From Candidatus Thorarchaeota archaeon (lineage in GTDB: Archaea; Asgardarchaeota; Thorarchaeia; Thorarchaeales; Thorarchaeaceae), in assembly GCA_029855935.1 (NCBI GenBank), contig JAGSHN010000004.1, forward strand, positions 96,001 to 160,000: DNA of 64,000 nt. The letters are read 5' to 3'. The notes beneath the pieces were generated by a model, which worked only from the letters and a program-made list of their open reading frames with translations, made no database searches and was not told the origin of the DNA. This document shows, one piece after another, positions 56,561 through 64,000 of this stretch. Both the position numbers and the translations under genes were made by a program. Each line of letters begins with the position of its first letter. The first letter of the stretch is position 1.

Positions 56561-57888
56561 ATCAAATGAAGAGAGTGTTGTGCTTGGGCGCAGGTCTCGT
56601 AGCAAGACCATATGTGCAGTATCTGTCGGACAAGGGACATCATGTTGTTGTTGCCAGCAGAACTCTGAAGAAGGCGGAACGTCTTATCGAGGGGTGCGAC
56701 AATACCGAGGCTGTGACCTTTGATATAGAGAAGGATGACGAGCTACTGAGGAGGCTGACACGGGAGGCCGACCTTGTCTGCTCCCTTCTTCCATATACGT
56801 ACCACGTTAAGGCTGCTCGGGCCGCCGTAGATGAGGGGAAACACTTCTGCACCACGTCGTACATCTCGGACCAAATGAAACAACTCGATACAGATGCTAA
56901 GAAGGCAGGTATCCTGCTCCTCAACGAGTGTGGGGTGGATCCTGGGATTGACCATATGAGCGCCAAGAAAATTATTGATAACGTGCATGCTCAGGGAGGG
57001 GAAATAGTGAGCTTCACATCCTTCACGGGCGGGCTTCCCGCTCCAGAGGCGAATACCAATCCGCTCGGATACAAGTTGTCGTGGAGCCCTCGAGGCGTCT
57101 TGCTGGCTGGTAGAAATGATGCACACTTCCTGAGGGACGGAAAAGAGGTACGGATACCTGGAAAGGAGCTTTTTGCTAATTGCGAAACAATAGAGGTTCC
57201 GGGCATGGGAGAGTTCGAGGGGTATCCTAATCGAGATAGCATAGCATACATCGCTATCTATGACATACCGGAAACAAGGACCATGCTCAGGGGAACTCTG
57301 CGCTACAAGGGCTGGTGCTCTCTAATGAAGAGCATCGCGGACCTGGGCCTACTCGACTTACAAACAAGAAACCTTTCAGGATACACATACAAGGACATAA
57401 TGCTCGAACTTGCTGGACGCCGAAACAGAGATGCAAAAGCTGCTGTTTCAGAGGCCTTGGGATTGAGCCTTGAAGACTCAGTGATAGAGAAGCTTGAGTG
57501 GCTGGGACTGTTTGAAAACACCCCTGTCCCAGAGGGCATAGACACCTACCTAGACGTCCTATGTCATCTGTTCGAACAGAAACTACAGTACGGGCCGCAG
57601 GAGCGGGATATGATAGTGATGCATCACGAGTTCTTGGCCAAATACGATGACCGGGTGGAGATGATCACATCTACTCTCGTGGACTATGGAATTCCAGGCG
57701 GCGACACATCGATGTCACGGACAGTCGCGTTGCCGGTAGCTATAGCGTCGAGATTGATTCTTGAGGGGAAAATCTCGCTGGCTGGCGTCCATCGGCCCAC
57801 AATGCCTGAGCTCTACGAGCCCATTCTTCAGGAGCTGGAGTCTCTTGGGATTAAGTTTTGTGAGAGGAAGAATACAGTGACAAGCTGA
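56557..57888 (+). CDS. Saccharopine dehydrogenase (glutamate-forming, Lys9/SDH type)
   Basis: LGAGLV, SLLPY, TTSY, ECGVDPGIDHM, GGLPAPE, YKLSWSP, YPNRDS, RGTLRY, MSRTV. Confidence 0.93.
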   Translation: MNQMKRVLCLGAGLVARPYVQYLSDKGHHVVVASRTLKKAERLIEGCDNTEAVTFDIEKDDELLRRLTREADLVCSLLPYTYHVKAARAAVDEGKHFCTTSYISDQMKQLDTDAKKAGILLLNECGVDPGIDHMSAKKIIDNVHAQGGEIVSFTSFTGGLPAPEANTNPLGYKLSWSPRGVLLAGRNDAHFLRDGKEVRIPGKELFANCETIEVPGMGEFEGYPNRDSIAYIAIYDIPETRTMLRGTLRYKGWCSLMKSIADLGLLDLQTRNLSGYTYKDIMLELAGRRNRDAKAAVSEALGLSLEDSVIEKLEWLGLFENTPVPEGIDTYLDVLCHLFEQKLQYGPQERDMIVMHHEFLAKYDDRVEMITSTLVDYGIPGGDTSMSRTVALPVAIASRLILEGKISLAGVHRPTMPELYEPILQELESLGIKFCERKNTVTS

Positions 57889-57945
57889 GGGGACCGAAAT
57901 CCTTCCAACCCCGACGTGTAGTAAGAGCTGTCACGACCAGCACGG

Positions 57946-58560
57946 TCATATCTTGACCTGAGCGGCTGATAGTATTGCCTCTGCTCGTTCGACCTCTCTC
58001 TGCACTTCAGGCAGCTCTATCTTTAGCCGGTAGGTGTAGCGCGATCTATTGCCGAATCTCTCAAGATGGCCCTTGCCGTTGTTCCACATCCTTGAGAGAT
58101 AGGTAGATGCGGTGCTCTTAGGTAGCGGCTCCTCAAAGGTTGCCTCGTAAATCTCAACGACGTCTAGGGACGAAAACTTGCCGTGCTTGAAGGATGCATA
58201 TATCACTAGCTGCATCTTTTCAAAACTGCTCAAATCTTGAATCTCGTAGATGGAAGACTCTGTGGACTCGGCCTTCTGACCAGTGCTTACACTAATGCCA
58301 GTTGTAGTCTCTAGAAAGACCCTGAACTTCTCAAGAGTCTTTTCAACGTCGTCATCCACTTGATAACTGGACTCTTCTTTTGTTGCTTCGTTGCGAACAA
58401 CGAGCTTGAATGCGAATGGAGAGTTTGTAAGAGAGAGAATACGTCTGAACCTTTTCAGAGCCTCTGCGGGGTCCACGTACTTACATTCGAAGACCTCACG
58501 GCGACCAGGACCAGAGCTATAGGTGAACTGGTACGTGAAGTTAGTTCGATCCGTCGTCAT
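57946..58560 (-). CDS. Hypothetical protein with C-terminal winged-helix DNA-binding domain
   Basis: FSSLDVVEIYEATFEEPLPKSTASTYLSRM..LERFGNRSRYTY; start 58560 (or 58677). Confidence 0.7.
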   Translation of the reverse strand: MTTDRTNFTYQFTYSSGPGRREVFECKYVDPAEALKRFRRILSLTNSPFAFKLVVRNEATKEESSYQVDDDVEKTLEKFRVFLETTTGISVSTGQKAESTESSIYEIQDLSSFEKMQLVIYASFKHGKFSSLDVVEIYEATFEEPLPKSTASTYLSRMWNNGKGHLERFGNRSRYTYRLKIELPEVQREVERAEAILSAAQVKI

Positions 58561-58851
58561 AGACAGTTCCGTCCTGGCCGACTCTGGTATGTTCACATTC
58601 ACATTCTCAAATAAGTGTGAGTATGTGAATGAGCCATATGTCCATAACGCCCGGATAATCCCAAAGATGACCCTCATCCCGGAGCCTCAGTCAGCAATCG
58701 GGAATAAACACGTCTAAACTCTCTATGTCGGACCTCGCTGGCGGATATCGCCGATTAGTAGCCGTAGAGGGCATACTCCAAGTTATAGTGAATTCACACT
58801 CCAGATATGGCTGTGAATAGCTCACGACCAGGTTAGATGTCTTGTTTCTCT

Positions 58852-58873
58852 GTTCCAGTGGAAACGAAGGGGT
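58852..58873 (+). promoter_or_regulatory. ORB element (Orc1/Cdc6 binding site)
   Basis: GTTCCAGTGGAAACGAAGGGGT closely matches the archaeal ORB consensus (TCCAxTGGAAA plus G-string); intergenic. Confidence 0.8.
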
Positions 58874-58974
58874 GGCCCTATTCACGCCACACTGGGTTCT
58901 TCATCACGTCCTATCTGCGATTCTGCGTTCTATGAAGACTATTTTGTGTAGGATATTCACACAAACCGCGCCAT

Positions 58975-59997
58975 TCACAACGTCGCATTGCGAATTGTGT
59001 GAGGGAGCATATAGTCTGAGGGACTATTGCCCATTACCACCCATAGCTCCTCGCTTTCAGTGCGGGTATCGTATACTCTCTCAAGTGTACCTCTGACCTG
59101 TACCACTTCTCCTTCCACGGCATGTTCACAAAATCGTCCCCTATAGCTTACAAGCCGTGAAACTGGTGGGCCCGAAACAGTGGTGACTCTGTACTCGCAT
59201 GGGGTGAAAAGGGCGTTACTCGCGTCATCGATGATGCATTGGACTATTACCGTACAGACGGGGGTGTAGATGAGGTCACCAAATGACGATCCCACGTCGC
59301 TTGTGTGCATCACAGCTCTGATGTAGACCTCAGTATTTCCGAAGTGCCCCTGAAACTTCTTTCTTTCCTCGATGGGAACAAGTTTCTCCCTAAGAAACTG
59401 TGGGAGGCGGCTCCAACGAAATCTCACGTGCTCTCTGAGTTGCTGACCGCTGTAGGGCCGCAGAACGTTCCCCGCTGACGTGTCTGCCAAGAAGTTGTGA
59501 AGTTCTACGGCAGACCGACGCCCGTATACAACAATGTCGATGTCGGACTGGTCCGTGCTTAGACCTGTAAGCAGAGAACCAGTTATCCCAAGGTCGTCCC
59601 AATCGAGATTGGTTGACTCAACGATGAGTTGGCACAAGCGCACTGCGTTTCGGAGAATGGCACTTGACGGACCCTTAAGCCGTGCCAGGTTCAGGCATCT
59701 GACAGGATCAAGAATCCGCTTGACATCTTGGACCCTTACTGACTGCAGGACACGATGGTGAACGGGGCTGTACCACAAATATGAACGGCAGTACGTTTCG
59801 AGGAAGTGTATCTTTTGGGCCAAGTCTGCTATCTTTGTGTAGTGTTGCCCTGTCGATGATACTCGCGAACCCGAATCTCTTGGAATGTAGCGCAGATATG
59901 CGATGATTCGGCTTGGCGGATGTCTGATCCCTTTGACCTCAAACACAAGGTCGTCATTCGTCCAGACGAACTGCCCTTCCAAATACAACTGAAACAC
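58975..59997 (-). CDS. Archaeal nucleotidyltransferase (COG1665-like)
   Basis: FEVKG..HP..IIAYLRY, GITGSLL..SDIDIVVYG, SYRGRF. Confidence 0.85.
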   Translation of the reverse strand: MFQLYLEGQFVWTNDDLVFEVKGIRHPPSRIIAYLRYIPRDSGSRVSSTGQHYTKIADLAQKIHFLETYCRSYLWYSPVHHRVLQSVRVQDVKRILDPVRCLNLARLKGPSSAILRNAVRLCQLIVESTNLDWDDLGITGSLLTGLSTDQSDIDIVVYGRRSAVELHNFLADTSAGNVLRPYSGQQLREHVRFRWSRLPQFLREKLVPIEERKKFQGHFGNTEVYIRAVMHTSDVGSSFGDLIYTPVCTVIVQCIIDDASNALFTPCEYRVTTVSGPPVSRLVSYRGRFCEHAVEGEVVQVRGTLERVYDTRTESEELWVVMGNSPSDYMLPHTIRNATL

Positions 59998-60324
59998 AAT
60001 CCAGAGCGTGTACCGAATGAATGTATAGATTATTGTCTTTGGACGCCCGTGCGTTGTTGAGCTCCGTAGAGTTCTTCATAGGTACTTGGGCCGCTACTGC
60101 ACTATGTAAACCAGATGCGACTATTCTCACGGGCTATCTCATAATCACGCATAGCGGCTTCCTCAAATGATGCTGTACTCCGGGAAACACGATCCGGCTT
60201 TCTCTGCGATCGGCTAGTCCAGAGTCACTAGGGCCGTGAGCCCCCCAAATGTGCTCTCAGGACGGTGCGAAGTGAGCTCGATCCGCCCATAGAGTAAAAT
60301 AGTCTCGACGTCACGACGCTCCCG

Positions 60325-61551
60325 ATGTCGTTGATCGACCCGAGTGTCCGGAGTGACTTTACAATCCTGAGAAGCAGTCCTGAGCTAGTCTTTCTCGATT
60401 CAGTTAGTACTACTTTAGTCCCCTCAGTGGTTTCACAGGCGACGCACATTTTTCTCGAGGAAATAGTGGTTTCGTCCAGGAGGGGTGCCTACTCGCTTGC
60501 GGTACGCGGGAACGAGGTTGTCGAGGCAACAAGGAAGGAGATGGCTGAGCATATACGTTGTAGTCCTAGGGAGATCTCGTTTCAGTCAACCATCAGTCAA
60601 GCACTGCTTTCAATACTGTTTGGTGATGGGTGGCAACGAGGAAGGGACGCCGAAATAGTCATAGTGGAAAACGTTCCCAATGATGTGTTGGGTCCTGTAT
60701 TAGCCGTATCACAGTCCCGTGGTATTCCCGTTAGGAGCATTCCATTCCATGGTGACTACACTGACGTGGTTGACAGGCTTCAGTCTGTTGTGGGTAATCG
60801 GACGTCGATGGTGATTGCAAGTATTGTTCCCATGGGCTTTGGTGTGCTGGCTCCGACTCAGGACATTGCTAGGATTGTCCATGAGCATAATTCACTGTTC
60901 CTAGCGGAGGCTGTCGGCGATATTGGACTCTCGGTGTTCAGTAGTACGAGTGAAGGGAGCAAACCGGATATCGTATTGACCTCTGCGAACACTGTATTCT
61001 TTGCGCCTCCGGGCCTAGTTGTGCAGTGGAGTAACGCTCGGACAACTGGAAACCTAAGACCAGCATTGATCGGCAGTTCCTCCATAGCTGATATTGAGGG
61101 CAGATCTATCAACCTTGCGAACCAGCCAGATCGTTTCGAAACGGGTATACTTAACGTGCCTGCGATAGCGGGACTCCGAGAAGGAGTTCGGTATGCGGAA
61201 CGATTCGGCAGGGAGAGGATTCACCAACACATCATCAAGCTCGCATCCGAGATTGAGCGGGGGCTCCGCGAGATTGATAGTGTGCGAGTATATGGGCCAG
61301 GAGGACAGGAGCGAACCTTGGTTGGATTTAATCTAGATGATCGTTTTGGGGTTGGCTGTCATGATGTCGCGCTCTTCCTAGAACAGGCAGGGATAGCGGT
61401 ACGTAGTGGACTTCTGTGTGCGCACTCGCTGATACGTGCTCTTGCCCGAGACGGGGTAGTACAGGTGTCGCCGCATGTCTATAATTCAAGAGAGGATATT
61501 TCGAGATTCCTTGAAGTCGTGGCGGAGATAGGTTCAGCGCTCGCTGTGTGA
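60325..61551 (+). CDS. SufS/cysteine desulfurase-like class V aminotransferase-fold protein lacking the PLP lysine
   Basis: FLDSVSTT, RFETG..N, HDVA..L, VRSGLLCA, HVYN; SxHK replaced by SANT. Confidence 0.8.
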   Translation: MSLIDPSVRSDFTILRSSPELVFLDSVSTTLVPSVVSQATHIFLEEIVVSSRRGAYSLAVRGNEVVEATRKEMAEHIRCSPREISFQSTISQALLSILFGDGWQRGRDAEIVIVENVPNDVLGPVLAVSQSRGIPVRSIPFHGDYTDVVDRLQSVVGNRTSMVIASIVPMGFGVLAPTQDIARIVHEHNSLFLAEAVGDIGLSVFSSTSEGSKPDIVLTSANTVFFAPPGLVVQWSNARTTGNLRPALIGSSSIADIEGRSINLANQPDRFETGILNVPAIAGLREGVRYAERFGRERIHQHIIKLASEIERGLREIDSVRVYGPGGQERTLVGFNLDDRFGVGCHDVALFLEQAGIAVRSGLLCAHSLIRALARDGVVQVSPHVYNSREDISRFLEVVAEIGSALAV

Positions 61552-61916
61552 TCCGTCGTTGTAATACCATAATTGAAGAGTTCAGAACAGGTGTTCTATC
61601 GCTTGAGGACCTATCGGTGTATATTCTGTATGTATACGATTGCATCTCTACGGGAGCAAAGAATGCTAGACGTATATCGTTCACTAAGAGGCTCTTTGGG
61701 TATACCTACAGATGGCGTACTCGAGGCGGTTGGAAGACAAAACGCAAAGACGGGTTGTTGGATCTCTGTCCTGGTGCTAGACGAATCACCGATTCTGCGA
61801 TCCTAGTCCCTGAAGAATGCCAATCAACATTCGACACACTCTTCACACAGTATCGTGATATTCTCAAAGTTTCCAGCTTTGCAGTTATGGAGATTATCTC
61901 AGAACACGTGTTCTAG
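61548..61916 (+). CDS. Small hypothetical protein, Cas2/VapD-like pattern
   Basis: YILYVYD..RRISFTKRLFG..GLL..ITDSAILVP; start uncertain. Confidence 0.5.
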   Translation: MIRRCNTIIEEFRTGVLSLEDLSVYILYVYDCISTGAKNARRISFTKRLFGYTYRWRTRGGWKTKRKDGLLDLCPGARRITDSAILVPEECQSTFDTLFTQYRDILKVSSFAVMEIISEHVF

Positions 61917-62110
61917 AGCCTGTGGACCCCCTTATTTCGTGTGGAAACGATGGATCCTCTCGAGTCTGAAAGATGACCAAAAATATAAATAGCTGATTCT
62001 GCAGCTGATAATCATCTACATTTCATTCACGACTTAGAAGTCACTGAAAGAAACTACATTTTGATTCTCCACTGGAAGTAGAGGGGAGTTGGGGTAGAAC
62101 ACGTGTTCTA
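61901..62110. other. Candidate replication origin: palindrome - ORB(-) - AT-rich spacer - ORB(+) - palindrome
   Basis: AGAACACGTGTTCT 61901-61914; reverse-strand GTTTCCACACGAAATAAGGGGGT 61926-61948; 61979-62066 about 30% GC by hand count; CTCCACTGGAAGTAGAGGGGAG 62067-62088; TAGAACACGTGTTCTA 62095-62110. Confidence 0.6.
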
Positions 62111-62180
62111 ACTCCATCCGACCGCAAGCTTGATAGACTCGTTGTAGCGCGTCGGGAGTGAACGAAGCGGAGGTCGTTGT

Positions 62181-64000
62181 TTGGCAAAGCTAGAGGATCT
62201 CCTGGATACGACGATTGGAAGACGAGTATTGCTCTTGGCTAACGAGGCCATCGCTCGGGGAGTACTGGAAGCTGGTGTCCGCTTAGTTGCTCTGTATCCT
62301 GGGACACCGAGTAGCGAGATTGGAAACAGTCTGTTCAAGATGGCTCCACATATTCCCAATTTCTATTTTGAATTCAGTACAAACGAGAAGGTCGCTCTTG
62401 AGGTGGCCGGTGCTGCTGCAATTGCTGGCGTCCGTGCGATGATGGTCTGCAAGGGTCCCGGCCTCAACGTCGCGGCTGATCCTTTCTTTTCGCTTGCATA
62501 CGTCGGAGTGCGGGCTGGGCTGGTCATAGTCGTTGCTGACGACCCCGGGATGTGGAGCTCACAGAATGAGAACGACTCGAGATACTACGCTCTGATGGGA
62601 AACATGCCTATGGTAGAGCCAGCCGATCCCGCTGAGGCCAAGTCCCTATTATTGGCAGCATACGATCTGTCGGAGGAGCTCGAGCTTCCTGTTTTATTCA
62701 GAACCACAACACGAGTGAACCACTCGCGGGCAGGTGTTGAGCTCGGCCCCATCCGTGACCGTCCCGACAAAGTGGAATTTGTCAAAGAACCGTTCCGTTT
62801 TGTTCCCGTTCCGGCAGTCGCTAGGACACGGCATCCATGGTTACTGAAACAAATGGAACAGGCCCGTGAAATCTCTGAGTCCTCTTCCCTGAACTTCTGT
62901 ATCGGCCGTGAAGAATGCGAAGTTGGTATCATCACGTCGGGGGTTTCCTATAACTACGTCCTCGAGGCCATTCAAGAGCTCGACCTCGAGGCAGAGGTCT
63001 TCAAGATAGGCATCACCAATCCGTTGCCACGTGACAGTATCGTCGATTTTCTGAGGCGTCACAAGAGGATCATTGTTGTAGAGGAGCTTGAACCCTATCT
63101 GGAGCGACAGGTGAGGGCCTTTGCTCAACATCAGGATGTTGCTGTGAATATCTATGGAAAGGAGGACGGATTGTTCCCACGTGTCTACGAATACAGCACC
63201 CAGACCGTAGTTGATGCATTGACCAAGATCTTGGGTAGGCCAGCGCCGATTGATCTGACCTCGATACAAGAAAAGGAAAAGCGATTGCCCGACCTCCCTC
63301 CGCGTCCGCCACTACTTTGTCCTGGCTGCCCTCACAGGGCGACATATTACGCAATCCGCGTTGTAACTCGCGGAAAGGCTGTATACCCCTCTGATATTGG
63401 ATGCTACACATTGAGTATCGCACCGCCATTGGAAACAGCCGATATTCTGTTTGACATGGGCTCGTCTGTTACGACTGCCTGCGGAATTGCACAAGTGACC
63501 GGTCAAGATGTCGTGGCGACAATCGGGGACTCGACGTTTTTTGCGTCTGGGCTTCCAGGCCTTGTGAACGCTGTCTACAACCAGCATCCAATCGCTCTTG
63601 TTGTACTGGACAATCGCACGACTGCAATGACCGGGCACCAGCCACATCCTGGTACTGGAGTTACGGGGATGCACCAGAAGGTAAATCCTATTGATATCGA
63701 AAAGGTCTGTCGTGGTCTGGGTGTGGAGTGGGTGCGAACCGTTCGTCCTTTTGAGTCACTAGCAAAACTTGTGGCGGATGTCCGCGAGATGTTGGAGTGG
63801 GTGCGCGAGAACAAAGCACCCGCAGTACTTGTTTCGCGTGAGCCCTGCGCATTGCTAACTGCTGCAGAGCGCAGACGTAGTGGGGAATCACCGCCTCCAT
63901 ATTACGTTGATCCTGAAGTCTGCACTGCCTGCGGCCGTTGCCTGAATCGTTTCGCCTGCCCAGCGATGTATCTTGATACCGAAACTGGCAAGGCCGTGAT
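62181..64000 (+). CDS. iorA: Indolepyruvate:ferredoxin oxidoreductase alpha subunit (runs off the window)
   Basis: Not in the ORF track. TTG 62181 after GGAGG; ANEAIARG, YPGTPSSEI, NEKVA, SSQNE, LCPGCPHR, DIGCY, IGDSTF, AMTGHQP, CTACGRC. Confidence 0.95.
   Translation, partial: MAKLEDLLDTTIGRRVLLLANEAIARGVLEAGVRLVALYPGTPSSEIGNSLFKMAPHIPNFYFEFSTNEKVALEVAGAAAIAGVRAMMVCKGPGLNVAADPFFSLAYVGVRAGLVIVVADDPGMWSSQNENDSRYYALMGNMPMVEPADPAEAKSLLLAAYDLSEELELPVLFRTTTRVNHSRAGVELGPIRDRPDKVEFVKEPFRFVPVPAVARTRHPWLLKQMEQAREISESSSLNFCIGREECEVGIITSGVSYNYVLEAIQELDLEAEVFKIGITNPLPRDSIVDFLRRHKRIIVVEELEPYLERQVRAFAQHQDVAVNIYGKEDGLFPRVYEYSTQTVVDALTKILGRPAPIDLTSIQEKEKRLPDLPPRPPLLCPGCPHRATYYAIRVVTRGKAVYPSDIGCYTLSIAPPLETADILFDMGSSVTTACGIAQVTGQDVVATIGDSTFFASGLPGLVNAVYNQHPIALVVLDNRTTAMTGHQPHPGTGVTGMHQKVNPIDIEKVCRGLGVEWVRTVRPFESLAKLVADVREMLEWVRENKAPAVLVSREPCALLTAAERRRSGESPPPYYVDPEVCTACGRCLNRFACPAMYLDTETGKAV

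Noticed and set aside
60000-60324. ncRNA in the 325-bp divergent intergenic region
   Set aside because: No recognisable SRP, RNase P or sRNA motifs; only weak hairpins.
62108-63900. Short minus-strand ORFs in the ORF track, and similar antisense ORFs throughout the window
   Set aside because: They are shadows of well-supported genes on the opposite strand (here iorA) and carry no family motifs.
1-64000. CRISPR array, IS/transposase, integrase, rRNA
   Set aside because: No regularly spaced repeats, transposase/integrase motifs or rRNA-like sequence seen; no duplicated tRNA 3' ends (att sites) noticed.

Overview
A 64-kb chromosomal segment of an archaeon, most likely an Asgard archaeon (Thorarchaeia-like). 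This is inferred from the co-occurrence of PolD DP1, eS1/eL15, an Rpo8/Rpb8-like subunit, GINS23, an MglA-type GTPase with a roadblock partner, and Asgard-style multi-TM and Ig-fold proteins. The window is rich in information-processing genes: DP1, MCM, Hel308, GINS23, Orc1/Cdc6, RFC-S/L, a TFB paralogue, RNase P proteins, tRNA-modification enzymes and five tRNAs. Three tRNAs carry BHB introns, two of them at non-canonical positions (10/11 and 53/54). Three ORB-like elements lie at 58.9 and 61.9-62.1 kb; the latter two form a symmetric palindrome-ORB-AT-rich-ORB-palindrome unit that is a candidate replication origin. The two strongest candidate novel systems are (1) a translationally coupled operon of a tandem-roadblock protein, a DENN/folliculin-like protein and an MglA-type GTPase, and (2) a dispersed Ced/T4SS/Tad-like module among replication genes (VirB2/CedA1-like 2-TM pilin, 1296-aa membrane-anchored HerA/VirB4 ATPase, VirB11/TadA ATPase, Flp-like prepilin, two Ig-fold surface proteins). 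No CRISPR array, rRNA or IS element was seen. All family calls come from motif recognition by eye, without database searches.
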